Positions 1-10,147 are shown, counted from the first letter of the stretch. The stretch: DNA of 64,000 bases from Candidatus Hydrogenedentales bacterium (GCA_041859045.1 JBHELB010000039.1:9958-73957), one strand, 5' to 3'. A program made the numbers and translations. Notes: a model not told the origin generated them from the sequence alone.

Positions 1-10
1 GAGCGCGGCC

Positions 11-502
11 ATGATAGCGCGTGTGATGACGATTTTGGGTTTGGTAAGCCTGTTGGCGCTGGCGGGATGCCAGTCGTCGCCGTTTTCGAGGGGTTCGTCG
101 AATTCCGATACGGTGGCTTCCGCTGACAGCACGAGCGGAACGTATGAATCTCCCGCGGTTCCCCCGTCCGGTCTGGCGCTGTCGTCCGATCAGCGTTTCG
201 CGGATGTGCCGCTGCCGGTGGGGCTCAAAGAAGACTCAGAGCGCAGTTATGTGTATGAAACGCCGTCGTTGCAGATCGGCCGGATGATCTACAAGTCGCG
301 CGCGGACATGGGCGAGTTGGCGCAGTTCTATCTCGATGAAGCGCCGACGGCTCAGTGGACGTTCAAAAATATCGCCGAAGCGGAGAACAGTTCGGAACTG
401 CTGTTCGCGAAGCCCGGCCGGACGCTGAAGGTCCTTATCGAAGACCTTGGTCCGGTGAAGGGACGTCGGCTGACCTTGCACCTGACTCCCGACCATCAAT
501 AG
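11..502 (+). CDS. hypothetical lipoprotein (signal peptide, lipobox LAGC)
   Basis: ORF with N-terminal hydrophobic segment and L-A-G-C lipobox; normal amino-acid composition. Confidence 0.6.
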   Translation: MIARVMTILGLVSLLALAGCQSSPFSRGSSNSDTVASADSTSGTYESPAVPPSGLALSSDQRFADVPLPVGLKEDSERSYVYETPSLQIGRMIYKSRADMGELAQFYLDEAPTAQWTFKNIAEAENSSELLFAKPGRTLKVLIEDLGPVKGRRLTLHLTPDHQ

Positions 503-512
503 GAGCGGGGCA

Positions 513-1016
513 GTGGCGGGACAGACCTGGCAAAGGGCGGTCGGCGCGGGCGTGGTCTGGGCCATGTGCCTGTTTGCGCTGAGCGGTTGTCAGAGCGATT
601 TGGTGACCTTGTTTCCCGTGGACGAGGGGCGGGCGGTTGTTGGCGTCCGGCCGGACGATGAACAGGTCGCAATGGTCATGGACGACGTGTGGCGGGGGAT
701 GGAGACGCGCCGGATCTATCAGGTTCTGGCGAACGTATCACGTTCCTACCGCGATGCCGAGGGGCGGGACTACAAGCGGGTCGAAGCCTACTTGAACGAC
801 GCGTTTGCCCGGTACAAGACGATACGCATTCGACGCGTGCCGCCGCGGGTGGTGGTCGAGGGCGATCTGGCCACGGTGGTGGAGAGTTTTGGCACATGGG
901 GCGACCCTATCAAGGTGGGCGTCGATCCGGTGGTGAGTATTCAGGGGCAAGTGACGGCTCGGCTCCAGCGCGAGGGCGGCCGTTGGAAAATTGTGGAGTG
1001 GAGCAACCTCCCGTAA
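513..1016 (+). CDS. hypothetical lipoprotein (lipobox LSGC), SnoaL/NTF2-like fold possible
   Basis: Signal peptide plus LSGC lipobox; 11-nt gap after the previous gene. Confidence 0.55.
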   Translation: MAGQTWQRAVGAGVVWAMCLFALSGCQSDLVTLFPVDEGRAVVGVRPDDEQVAMVMDDVWRGMETRRIYQVLANVSRSYRDAEGRDYKRVEAYLNDAFARYKTIRIRRVPPRVVVEGDLATVVESFGTWGDPIKVGVDPVVSIQGQVTARLQREGGRWKIVEWSNLP

Positions 1017-1046
1017 CGGCGTGGAAACCCCGCGCAATGACCAGGA

Positions 1047-1802
1047 ATGGCAGGTAGGATCATGACCGAAGAAAAGACCACCAAGCGCAAGTTCATGGAA
1101 GACTCCGACGAGACCAAGAAGGATTTTCGGCACGACCTGCTGGCCTTTGCTGAGCATGTGCGCGAGAATCCGGTGCTGTATCTGGTTTCAATCGGCATTA
1201 TTGCGGTGGCGGCGTTGGCCGGATTGGCTTTTCGTCTGAACGCCGATGCCCGCCAGCAAGAGGTGTCCACGGCCCTCGCAAGGGCGTTTTTCGACAATAC
1301 GGATCTTGGTCCGCGTGGCGATGCGTTGGCGAAGATCACCGGCGACGGGCCTTTGGTGGCGACGGCGCAATACCTGGCTGGCGAGAGCTATTTCAAGGCC
1401 GAGCAGTATGACAAGGCGCGCGAGTGCTTCGAGAAAGTGCGCAGTCAATTTGGTACGTCGGAATACGCCCCGGAGGCCATTGAAGGGCTGGGGTTCGTCG
1501 CAGAACAAGAAGGCAAACTGGATGAGGCGTTGGCGCTTTACCAGGAAGTGGCGCAGAAGCGGAAGGATTCCTTCGCGGGCGTGCGCCAGGGGCTTAACCT
1601 TGGTCGCGTGTATGAGCAGCAGAACAAGTTCGCGGAAGCCAGCGCCGCCTATCAGACGGTGATGACCGAGTTCCCGGGCTCGCATTCGGCGGACAAGGCG
1701 AAGGCCGCGCTGGATCGCTTGCGCGCGGCGCATCCCGAAGCGTTCCCGATGGAGCAAGCCGCAACACCGGAACCTTCGACGGCACCGCCCGCGGCAAGCT
1801 GA
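1047..1802 (+). CDS. TPR-repeat membrane-anchored protein (YbgF-like)
   Basis: N-terminal TM helix, TPR-like A/L/Y-rich repeats, Pro/Ala-rich C-terminal tail. Confidence 0.6.
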   Translation: MAGRIMTEEKTTKRKFMEDSDETKKDFRHDLLAFAEHVRENPVLYLVSIGIIAVAALAGLAFRLNADARQQEVSTALARAFFDNTDLGPRGDALAKITGDGPLVATAQYLAGESYFKAEQYDKARECFEKVRSQFGTSEYAPEAIEGLGFVAEQEGKLDEALALYQEVAQKRKDSFAGVRQGLNLGRVYEQQNKFAEASAAYQTVMTEFPGSHSADKAKAALDRLRAAHPEAFPMEQAATPEPSTAPPAAS

Positions 1803-1817
1803 CGTATTCTGAGACAA

Positions 1818-1853
1818 AGCGTATCCGTCCATCCTGGGCGGATACGCTTTTTG
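1818..1853 (+). terminator. rho-independent terminator (stem gcgtatccg/cggatacgc followed by T-run)
   Basis: Inverted repeat followed by tttttg, immediately after the TPR gene stop. Confidence 0.55.
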
Positions 1854-1897
1854 TATTTACGCGCATGGGAAACGCGGCACGCTATTTCTGAAGCGCG

Positions 1898-3433
1898 TTA
1901 GAGTTCTGTGTCGAAATGCGTGACGTTAGTGGCCTCGCGGGCGTCGGCGCGTCCGGCCGCGCGGCGTTCCACGAGCAGTTTGGACAGCGCGGGACCGTCG
2001 GTGACCTCAAGACAGAAGCGCGCCGCTCCATTTCCTTGCTGATCGTAGCGCACGTGAACTCGCGAGAGGCCGTTCGCGGAGAGTACGGGCCAGTCATCGA
2101 GTTCATAGCCGCGCCAGGTCGTGGGCACGCGGGGAATGAACTGCACGTGCTGCGCGGAAGTGTCGTCGCATCCCACCATGAGCCGCGCGGCTTTGAGCGG
2201 TTCGGCCACGCACACGAGATTAAGCGCCCCGCAGCCCTGGTCGAAGTTCGGCAGATCCTCCACCGCAGGGGACGGATAGCGTTCGTAGAAGTAGTATGGG
2301 CAGTCGCGGTCAAGTTTGTAGCCACGCGGCGGCTGGAAGGTGGCTTCGGCGAGGTAGTCGGCGGCTTTGGTGGCCATCTCCATCTTGTCGAACAACAGCA
2401 TGCTCTGAAGCGCGTATCCGTGGCCGTAGGATGGGCTCATCTGTTTGTCCAGGGGCGGTGCGTCGAATTGCGTCCAGATGCCGTAGCGCTCGAACAGTTC
2501 GCGCCGGAGCGGAACACGCGCAAGATTGTCGAAGGTGCGCCGACTCGGGCGCAGGCCGTGCCACGGGGCGTGGTCGATGGCGAATCCGAAGACATCCGCG
2601 GCCATGGCGGCGACCCCGTTGAGTCCGCCAAAACCGCGGTTGATGGGGTGATCCACAATCGCCGGGTCGGGTTTGAGCGAATCGATGTCAATGCACCACG
2701 TCCATGCGCCGTCTTCAGAGACGAGATGCTTGACGATGTTTTCCTCGATCAATCGTGCGACCCGCAGGGCTTCCGTGGCTTTGTCGGGCTGATGGGATGC
2801 CTGATGGAAGCGGGCTGCCGTGTATAGGGCGAAGACGCCGAGGTAATTTTGTACGACGTTGTAGTGCAGGCCGGGGATGCCGCAACCGCCTCCGAATTCG
2901 CCACTGCCCGGCAACAGCGGGATGTGGTCGAGCATACGGATGATATAGGTGACAGGCGATTTCTCGTTGGTAAGGAAATCGGCGATGCGCACGCGCAGGG
3001 GATGGGTATGCGGCAGACGTTCCCAAAGGAGCACGAGGCCGATGACGATCGCGTTGGTGCCATCCAGTTCGCTCCCCGCGCCGGGCTCGCCGAGCTTGAA
3101 GTATTCGGGAAACGTGAAGTACCGCGCTTCGTTCTCGCGCACCATGCGCATTAGGCAGTCCGCCGTCAGACAGGCGCGCCCGAGATATCCAAACAGCGTC
3201 AGCTCCCGCAGAAACACTCCGGTATCGCGCGACCACATCGTGTCGGTCCAGGGGCGGCCGTCCACCGACGCCGAGACAAACCCCGCATTATCGCCTTCGA
3301 AACGCGAGTAGGCGTTGCGTTCCAGTACGGCTTGGAGGGATTCGCGGATTTCCCTGGTGAATAACTCCGCTGGATAGGACCCGAAGAAGCGAATGTGGCC
3401 TGGGGCATCGGTAGGACGTGCATCGGGCGTCAT
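1898..3433 (-). CDS. hypothetical protein, possibly six-hairpin glycosidase-like
   Basis: 511-aa ORF with balanced composition (W/Y/F/D/E rich). The opposing + ORF 1916..2827 is R/G/V-rich antisense junk. Function not recognised with confidence. Confidence 0.7.
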   Translation of the reverse strand: MTPDARPTDAPGHIRFFGSYPAELFTREIRESLQAVLERNAYSRFEGDNAGFVSASVDGRPWTDTMWSRDTGVFLRELTLFGYLGRACLTADCLMRMVRENEARYFTFPEYFKLGEPGAGSELDGTNAIVIGLVLLWERLPHTHPLRVRIADFLTNEKSPVTYIIRMLDHIPLLPGSGEFGGGCGIPGLHYNVVQNYLGVFALYTAARFHQASHQPDKATEALRVARLIEENIVKHLVSEDGAWTWCIDIDSLKPDPAIVDHPINRGFGGLNGVAAMAADVFGFAIDHAPWHGLRPSRRTFDNLARVPLRRELFERYGIWTQFDAPPLDKQMSPSYGHGYALQSMLLFDKMEMATKAADYLAEATFQPPRGYKLDRDCPYYFYERYPSPAVEDLPNFDQGCGALNLVCVAEPLKAARLMVGCDDTSAQHVQFIPRVPTTWRGYELDDWPVLSANGLSRVHVRYDQQGNGAARFCLEVTDGPALSKLLVERRAAGRADAREATNVTHFDTEL

Positions 3434-3500
3434 GAAGGCCTCCTTTCCGGATACTGGCCGGAGTATAGCACAGGCCTTTTCTCGACGACCTCAGGGGCTG

Positions 3501-4754
3501 CTATTCGTGGCGGTAAATCACCGCCCCTGTCGGCAGTTTTGGAAAGAAATAGGTGGCCTTTTGCGGCATCGGATCGCCGGCTTCGGCGCACGCGCGCACT
3601 TGATCGGGATGCATCGGAGGCAGAAGGAACGCCAATTTTCCGGTGTCCGGGCCCGCGGCGGCCAAGGCCCGTTCGGCGTCGTGCTCGTAGAGGTGTTCTG
3701 CGCCTTCGGGCAGATTCATCACGCGGGCCAGCACTCCACGGTGCAGGACCGCCACATCGAGGTTTCGCCACGCTTCGCTGTGGTCGTCGCCAAGGAACTC
3801 GCGGCGGTCGCCCGGCTTGAGGGTGAGGAGAAACTGCGCGCCGCTAGTGGTCTTGAGTCCCAGCCGACAGCCTTCGCCTTGCTCGACAGCCTCGGCGAGC
3901 GGGCCGTTCACGGGCGCAACGGTGAACCACTGCGACAACGCCTCAAGCAGCGCCGCCTCGGTCAGTCCCGCCGAAGCGGTAACCACACGGTGCGGCGGAC
4001 AGATTACGAGGCCCGGGTCGTCGAACGGCACAAAGCCCATCAATACGTAATCGTAACCGTGCACGCCTTGAGTCCCGTGCTGTTCTCGCATTTGGTCGCG
4101 GTAGAAACAAGCCGTCTTGAAGCGGTGGTGTCCATCGGCGATGTAGAGCCGCTTGTCCGCGAAAAAGGCGGTTACCTCGGGCGAGCCCGGCACCTTCCAT
4201 ACGCGCGTTTCCGCGCCGTCCATCGTGGTAAACGTGTTATCCGGCGGGCGGGCGGCGGCTTGTGCGTAGAATCCGGCAAGGGTATGCGCCGGGTCTGCGT
4301 ACAGCACAAAAATGGCCCCAAAGTTCGCTTGGGTGGCTTGCATTAGTTTCAGGCGGTCTTCGACCGGGCCCGCGAACGTGCGTTCGTGACCCAGGACAAT
4401 GCTTTCGCCGGGTTCCGGAATGCGGGTAACCGCGTAGAAGCCTCGGCGAAGGCGCGGGCAGCCGTCTTTAAGCGCGAAGCGCTGCTCGATGAGGTACATG
4501 GAGTCGGCATCATCTTGGGTCATGGCCCTATCGGCGAGCCATCTCCGCAAATGGTTGCCTGCCGCGGTGTATTGGTCCACGCCGTCTCCCTCTTTGGGCA
4601 GGATGACATGGACCATGTTGTAGGGGCTTTGGTCCGCCAGGCGGAGACGCTGCTCAGGGTTGATCACATCGTAGGGCGGGGTCACGGTAAGGTCGAGAGA
4701 CCCAACCACCTCCGCATTGAAACGATAGCCCCGGAATCCCTTGACGTCGGCCAT
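3501..4754 (-). CDS. DUF1015 family protein
   Basis: Internal Met start MADVKGF (M246 of the long ORF). Conserved ADGHHR motif. Upstream 245 codons of the ORF are junk-like and overlap mcsA on the other strand. Confidence 0.65.
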   Translation of the reverse strand: MADVKGFRGYRFNAEVVGSLDLTVTPPYDVINPEQRLRLADQSPYNMVHVILPKEGDGVDQYTAAGNHLRRWLADRAMTQDDADSMYLIEQRFALKDGCPRLRRGFYAVTRIPEPGESIVLGHERTFAGPVEDRLKLMQATQANFGAIFVLYADPAHTLAGFYAQAAARPPDNTFTTMDGAETRVWKVPGSPEVTAFFADKRLYIADGHHRFKTACFYRDQMREQHGTQGVHGYDYVLMGFVPFDDPGLVICPPHRVVTASAGLTEAALLEALSQWFTVAPVNGPLAEAVEQGEGCRLGLKTTSGAQFLLTLKPGDRREFLGDDHSEAWRNLDVAVLHRGVLARVMNLPEGAEHLYEHDAERALAAAGPDTGKLAFLLPPMHPDQVRACAEAGDPMPQKATYFFPKLPTGAVIYRHE

Positions 4755-4994
4755 GATTGTGAGTGCTCCCGGCGGGTTGCCCAGTAGTTTGGGGCGAATT
4801 GTACTGAGGGATCGGAAAAGATGCAAATCCTGGGACGTTTTTTGCGCACGCAGGGGTGGATTTCCGGGAACAGAATAGGCATAAGCCGTTGTTTTGAAGA
4901 TAGTTGCATCCTTTGCCCGTCGGGGGATGTGCTTGGAACGTTCGCCGTGAGCGGTGGTATACTCTAGAAGAAGAAACGAACGGAGGGCGCGGAC

Positions 4995-5513
4995 GTGTTG
5001 TGCGAGCGGTGTCATAAACATGCAGCGACGCTGCGGTACAGCGAGGTGGTGAACGGCAAGGTTTCCGCCCGGAGTATCTGCCGGACCTGCATGGACGAAC
5101 TCGAAACCGATCAAGGGACGGGGTTCGAGGTGTCTGGTGCGCCGACCGCTCGTCGCGCCCGCGTGCTCAAGGAAGAGGCCGATGCGCAGGTGCCGCACCG
5201 GTCCTGTCCGTCGTGCGGGGTAAGTTTGCGGACGGTGGTTAAGACCAACCGCGTGGGATGCCGCGACTGCTACTCCAGTTTTGCGGAAGGTATTGCTGAA
5301 CAGCTCAGGACGTTGCACCCGGCGACGCGTCACCGGGGTAAGACGCCGAATATGAGCGATGCGCGCGACCGGTTGCGGGCGAACCTTCAGGCGAAGCGGG
5401 CGTTGCTGCGCACGGCGCTGAAGGCGGAGAACTACGAAGAGGCGGCCCATGTGCGCGACGAGATTCGCGCGTTGGAATCGGGGCTGCATGCACCCTCGAC
5501 AGGACGGAACTAG
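4995..5513 (+). CDS. mcsA: protein-arginine kinase activator McsA (zinc-finger plus UVR domain)
   Basis: CxxC pairs (CERCH...CRTC, CPSCG...CRDC) and C-terminal UVR motif EEAAHVRDEIRALE. GTG start with RBS acggaggg. Confidence 0.8.
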   Translation: MLCERCHKHAATLRYSEVVNGKVSARSICRTCMDELETDQGTGFEVSGAPTARRARVLKEEADAQVPHRSCPSCGVSLRTVVKTNRVGCRDCYSSFAEGIAEQLRTLHPATRHRGKTPNMSDARDRLRANLQAKRALLRTALKAENYEEAAHVRDEIRALESGLHAPSTGRN

Positions 5514-5515
5514 CC

Positions 5516-6586
5516 ATGTTGGAAACCATGCTTAGTAAACGTTCGTTGTGGCTTTCCGCAGAAGGGCCCGAGGCGGAATTGGTGGTGAAGTCGCGCGGGG
5601 TGCTTGTACGTAATCTGTCGGACTTCGCGTTCTCGTGGCGCTGCTCGGAGTCCGAGCGACGGACCGTGGAGGAACGGATCGTGGCTGCGCTCGAGCAGTC
5701 ACGTCTGATGCCGAACGGACGTTACGTGCCTTTGTCGCAGATCGATGGCCATGAGGTGCGTTTTTTGCTGGAGCGGAACCTGGTGCCGCGCGATTTTCCG
5801 CCGCAGGTGGGGTCGGGCGTGTACATCAGCGACGACCAGAGCCTGGCGGTGCTCGTGAACGGAGTCAATCATCTGCGGCTTCAGGTGATGCTGCCCGGAC
5901 TTCAGCTTCAGGAGGCGTGGGCGCGGTTGACTATCGCCGACGACATACTGTCGGAGGTGTTGGATTTTGCGTTCGACGAGACCTTGGGCTTTTTGTCGGC
6001 GGATCTTGGGTCGGTGGGCACGGGCCTGCGCCTGAGCGCGACGTTGCACCTGCCGGCGTTGACGTTCTCGAACGCCATCCGTGGGTTGGCCGAGGGGTTG
6101 CGCGACGAATGGCACGTGCTCGAGCCGGTTTTCGGGGAGATGGGCGCGGCGCACGGCGAGCTGTATGCGCTTGCCGGGGCGTATTGTCTGGGGCGTTCGG
6201 AAGACGAGATCGTGTTTCACGTCAAGCACCTCGCCGCCGATCTTATTACCAAGGAAAAAGCGGCTCGCGAGGCGGCGATGGCGGAGAATCCGCGCGCGGT
6301 CGAGGATCGCGTGGGACGGGCGGTCGGAATTGCGCAGGGCGCTCGACTGCTGGACCTGTCTGAGGCGTTGGAGGTGTGGTCGTCGCTGCGCATGGGCCGG
6401 GCGATGGGGTTGCTTAGCGAGCCTTCGCTGATGGTATTCAATGAGCTGTTGCCCGGGCTGCAACGCGCGCATTTGGAGCTTCAAAAGGGGCATTCGCGCG
6501 ACGAAATGAGCCTGAGTGCGGATCGGGCCGATCTGTTCCGCGCGTCGTTTGGTACGGCGGCATCGCGGGGGAATGGTCAGGAGTAA
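5516..6586 (+). CDS. mcsB: protein arginine kinase McsB (ATP:guanido phosphotransferase)
   Basis: Guanido-kinase signature regions (NHLRLQV, GTGLRLSATLHLP). 2-nt gap after mcsA. Confidence 0.85.
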   Translation: MLETMLSKRSLWLSAEGPEAELVVKSRGVLVRNLSDFAFSWRCSESERRTVEERIVAALEQSRLMPNGRYVPLSQIDGHEVRFLLERNLVPRDFPPQVGSGVYISDDQSLAVLVNGVNHLRLQVMLPGLQLQEAWARLTIADDILSEVLDFAFDETLGFLSADLGSVGTGLRLSATLHLPALTFSNAIRGLAEGLRDEWHVLEPVFGEMGAAHGELYALAGAYCLGRSEDEIVFHVKHLAADLITKEKAAREAAMAENPRAVEDRVGRAVGIAQGARLLDLSEALEVWSSLRMGRAMGLLSEPSLMVFNELLPGLQRAHLELQKGHSRDEMSLSADRADLFRASFGTAASRGNGQE

Positions 6587-6589
6587 GAA

Positions 6590-6682
6590 TGGCGGAGAGG
6601 CGGGGATTCGAACCCCGGGTACCGCGATGCGGTACAACGGCTTTCGAGGCCGCCGCCTTCAACCACTCGGCCACCTCTCCGC
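6590..6682 (-). tRNA. tRNA-Ser (anticodon CGA), long variable arm
   Basis: Reverse complement reads GCGGAGAGGTGGCCGAGTGGTTGAAGGCGGCGGCCTCGAAAGCCG...GGTTCGAATCCCCGCCTCTCCGCCA. Type II tRNA with GTTCGAATCC T-loop, CCA end and CT-CGA-AA anticodon loop. Confidence 0.85.
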
Positions 6683-6810
6683 AGCACTGGGCCCCGTGAG
6701 AATCACGTGGGGGGCGTGATACTATCAGAAGACCATGCCGGGACTCAAACATCGGGTTTTGGGTCGTCTGGAGCGGGGATACGCCGGGGAACAGAGAACG
6801 CGGAGTCAAC

Positions 6811-7602
6811 ATGCGACGTTGGGTGGTGGTGTGCCTGGGCGTAGTGGGGCTGTGTTGTATGGCTGGCTGTGCGCCGCGCGCTGGGTCCGTGCCCGAGGAA
6901 ACCGAAAACGCCGAGAGCCCCCCGGTCTTGCTTGCTCCCGCCGAGGTGACGTGGAAAGCGGTCGCGCTTCCAGCCGTGGATCCGGTCCTTTCACTTGAGC
7001 AGCAGCTTGGCGAGGTGGCCGCACGCGATGCGGCGCCGGCTGAGGAGGATGTGCCCGCACCCAACACGGATTTGGCCGGGCTGGCGGCCGAAGTGGCGGC
7101 GTTGCGACAGGATTTGGCCCGGCTGCGCGCTACGACGGAGCAGTATTTGGGGATGCGGGAGGCGGCGTTGCGCATGGAAAACGAGCGCCTGCGCCTTCAA
7201 CTCGAATCGCTGCGCGCGGGACGCAACGTCCCCGCGGATGTTCCCTTCAGCTTCACACCGCCCGTTACCGCAGCGCCTGAAGCGTCGAGTGGGCAGGCGG
7301 CATCGGCCTCGGAGTTTGCGGTTGCGACGGCGGGCGACCTGACGTTCGCGATCATCAAGCGTTGGGATTCCTCAACGCCCAACAAGAACGGCGCGACGCA
7401 TCGGTTCATTTGCTCCGTGCCTCCGGGAACGAGTGAGGAGCGGCTGTCGAAGTTGGTGGACTGGTTGGCGGCGTCGTATTCGGCGGGCGATACGGTGACG
7501 GTGGATTTATTCGACGACACCGCCGCCGCGCAACGCTATGCCGCGGATACATCCAAGGAACCGGAACGGCGGATTCTGCACGCCGAACGCCCGAAACGCT
7601 GA
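6811..7602 (+). CDS. hypothetical lipoprotein with coiled-coil segment
   Basis: Signal peptide plus CMAGC lipobox; heptad-like region LRQDLARLRATTEQY..ENERLRLQLESLR. Confidence 0.55.
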   Translation: MRRWVVVCLGVVGLCCMAGCAPRAGSVPEETENAESPPVLLAPAEVTWKAVALPAVDPVLSLEQQLGEVAARDAAPAEEDVPAPNTDLAGLAAEVAALRQDLARLRATTEQYLGMREAALRMENERLRLQLESLRAGRNVPADVPFSFTPPVTAAPEASSGQAASASEFAVATAGDLTFAIIKRWDSSTPNKNGATHRFICSVPPGTSEERLSKLVDWLAASYSAGDTVTVDLFDDTAAAQRYAADTSKEPERRILHAERPKR

Positions 7603-7611
7603 GGACGGAGG

Positions 7612-9033
7612 CTACTCTTCGTTGAGCGCGGGGGACAGGTCCGTTTCGCTTGCTTCCGATTTCCGATCCGCGTCGAAAATCGTGATGGTCCGCCATTTGC
7701 CATTTCGGAAGCGCATGAAGAGTACGCCGCTGAGCATAATGACGTAGAGGCTGGTGCCGATCCAGGCTCCGACCGCTCCGCCCTTGAACACGAAGGCGAA
7801 TAGGAGCGCCATGGGCGTCAGGACGAGGTAGGCCCCTCCGGTGAAGATGAACGCCATCCACTTTGTGTCGCCCGCGCCGCGCAAGGCTCCCGAGATCACG
7901 ATGTTGATCGCGTCGAAGGCCTGGAAAATCGCCGCCATAATCAGCAGCAGGTGACCGATGCGCAGCACTTCCGGGTCCGTGGTGAAGAAAATGCGCAGCA
8001 GTTCTTTGCCCATGAACGCCATGAACAACCCCATGATTGTCATGTAGACCATCGCGATTTTCAGCGCGGTGATGGCGCGTGCGGCGGCGCGATCGTGGTC
8101 GCCGCGGCCGATCCACTGGCCGACGATGGGCGCGATGGCGTGGTTCAGCCCCAGCGCGGGCATGAACGAGATGGTCATGAACGCGAGCGCGGCGTTATGC
8201 CCGGCGAGGGCGGCTGTGCCGAAGCTGCCGATGATGAAGCTGGTGAATATCGCCCAGTTTAGGATGTCCATGAGAAAGGTGAGCCCGTTGGGGCCGCCGA
8301 TTCGGAAGAGCTCACGAAACCGTCCGAGGTCGAAACGCCATTGGGCGCGCGTGCCATAGGTTTTGGCGAACGATGGTGTGAGCAGGATCGCGAACATCGC
8401 GATGACCTGAATCGCGAGGGCGATGGTTGTGGCGATGGCGGCGCCGTTTACGCCGAGTTTGGGACAGCCCCAATTCCCGTAAATAAGCGCGTAATTGAGG
8501 GCAACGTTAATGACGTTGCTTAGGATGGACATGATGGTGGGAATGTTTGGGCGGTTGATCGCCTGAAAGAACGCGGAGAGCGCGGCCTGGCCGGTCACAA
8601 ACACGAGTCCCGCGACGCGGATGTTGAAGTAGCCTTCTTCGAGGCGGCGGACTTCGGGGGAGTGGTTCATCAACGCGAACAAATGTTCTCCGAGCCACCA
8701 GACGGGGAGAGCGAGCACGCCGGAGACGATGGAAAGGTAGATGCCCTGCCATGCGTAGCGTCCGCAGTCGTGCAGATTGCCGCGTCCCAGGCTCTGCGAG
8801 ACGAAGGTGCTGATGCACGAGGCGATGCCGACGAACAGGGTGCAGACGGCGAAGGCCCAGATGCCGCCGGAGCCGATCGCGGCGAGGGCGTCGCTGCCCA
8901 GGCGCGCGACCATGGCTTGGTCCACGAAGCCCATGAGGGTATAGCTGAACGAGCCGACGATGATCGGCGCGGCCATAGTGCTGACCTCGCGCAGTCCGGT
9001 CCAGCGGGGCTCATCGAGTTGTCTTGGCGTCAT
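7612..9033 (-). CDS. MATE family efflux transporter
   Basis: About 12 TM helices; MATE-type motifs (PIIVGSFSYTLMGFVDQAMVARLG). Confidence 0.85.
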   Translation of the reverse strand: MTPRQLDEPRWTGLREVSTMAAPIIVGSFSYTLMGFVDQAMVARLGSDALAAIGSGGIWAFAVCTLFVGIASCISTFVSQSLGRGNLHDCGRYAWQGIYLSIVSGVLALPVWWLGEHLFALMNHSPEVRRLEEGYFNIRVAGLVFVTGQAALSAFFQAINRPNIPTIMSILSNVINVALNYALIYGNWGCPKLGVNGAAIATTIALAIQVIAMFAILLTPSFAKTYGTRAQWRFDLGRFRELFRIGGPNGLTFLMDILNWAIFTSFIIGSFGTAALAGHNAALAFMTISFMPALGLNHAIAPIVGQWIGRGDHDRAAARAITALKIAMVYMTIMGLFMAFMGKELLRIFFTTDPEVLRIGHLLLIMAAIFQAFDAINIVISGALRGAGDTKWMAFIFTGGAYLVLTPMALLFAFVFKGGAVGAWIGTSLYVIMLSGVLFMRFRNGKWRTITIFDADRKSEASETDLSPALNEE

Positions 9034-9340
9034 GATGGAAATATCCGATTGTTCTAGGCCCGGCGCAGGCGGCTGGGACTTCTGTTTTCGTTAATGATTC
9101 ACTTTAGACTATGAGGGATATGCGCATCCAGGCAGTTTCTTGACTCGCCGCGCCGGTTGGGTCAAGATGTGGCGGGTGCCTTGCCGGATATCCGGGGGCG
9201 GCGGCCAATGGCGGGCGTGTACATGCGAGACCTGTCCACGTGGCCGGGGTAGAGGCTGGTTTCATGTCGGAGGTGTTCGCGTGAGGTCTGTGCGCGGGGG
9301 CGTGTGGACACAGCGCGCGGCCTAGACGGGAGAGGAAGCG

Positions 9341-10135
9341 TTGGACCCCATCTCAATCGTCGGAATCGTGCTGGCCACTGTCGCGATCCTCGCAGGGGCC
9401 ATTCTAGAACATCTGAATCCCGCATCGCTGGTGGCGCCATCGGCGTTCTTGATTATCGCGGGCGGCACGATCGGGGCGACAATCACCTGCTATTCGCTCG
9501 AAGAAATTCTCAAACTTCCGAAGGCCACGATGCGTGCGTTTCGGAAGCCTGCGATTAGCCTCGAAGAGATTATCGATGTGTTTATCGAGTTGGCGACCGC
9601 GGCGCGGCGTGAAGGGCTGCTTATTCTCGAGAACACGCCGCTGAAGATCGATCACCCCGTACTCAAGCGCGGCATTCGGCTGATCGTGGACGCGACCGAC
9701 CCTGCGTTGGCCAAGGACATGCTTGCGACGGAAGCGGCGGTGGCGGAAGAAGAGGCCAAGAGTCAGGCCGGTATCTATCAGACGGCGGGCGGGTTTGCGC
9801 CGACGATGGGCATTATCGGTACGGTGTTGGGATTGATCACGGTGTTGGGCAACCTTGAGAACGCCGATGAGCTGGGTCCGGCCATCGCGATGGCGTTCAT
9901 CGCGACGCTGTACGGTATTGCGAGCGCGAATATTCTGTTTCTGCCGATGGGTAAGAAACTGGCGTTCAATGCGAAGGAAGATACCCGGCTTACCGAGGTG
10001 ATTATCGAGGGGATTCTCGCGATTCAGTCCGGCGACAATCCGCGGATCATTCACGAGAAGCTGTTGTCGTTCGTGAACGAAGACGACGCCGAGCGGCTGC
10101 GGGTCAAAGCGGCCGCCGCCAAGGGTGGCCGCTAG
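9341..10135 (+). CDS. motA: flagellar motor stator protein MotA
   Basis: 4-TM MotA/TolQ/ExbB family; TTG start with RBS gggagaggaag; followed by motB. Confidence 0.75.
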   Translation: MDPISIVGIVLATVAILAGAILEHLNPASLVAPSAFLIIAGGTIGATITCYSLEEILKLPKATMRAFRKPAISLEEIIDVFIELATAARREGLLILENTPLKIDHPVLKRGIRLIVDATDPALAKDMLATEAAVAEEEAKSQAGIYQTAGGFAPTMGIIGTVLGLITVLGNLENADELGPAIAMAFIATLYGIASANILFLPMGKKLAFNAKEDTRLTEVIIEGILAIQSGDNPRIIHEKLLSFVNEDDAERLRVKAAAAKGGR

Positions 10136-10147
10136 TCAGCGGCGACG

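Noticed and set aside
1916-2827. 303-aa + strand ORF
   Set aside because: R/G/V/A-rich junk composition; antisense to the well-formed 511-aa gene. Typical high-GC antisense artefact.
4755-5489. N-terminal 245 codons of ORF 3501..5489 (662 aa)
   Set aside because: R/P/L-rich junk overlapping mcsA on the other strand. DUF1015 homology begins at internal Met (MADVKGF) with a promoter-like region upstream.
5699-6637. 312-aa minus-strand ORF
   Set aside because: Antisense to mcsB; R/Q/H/P-rich.
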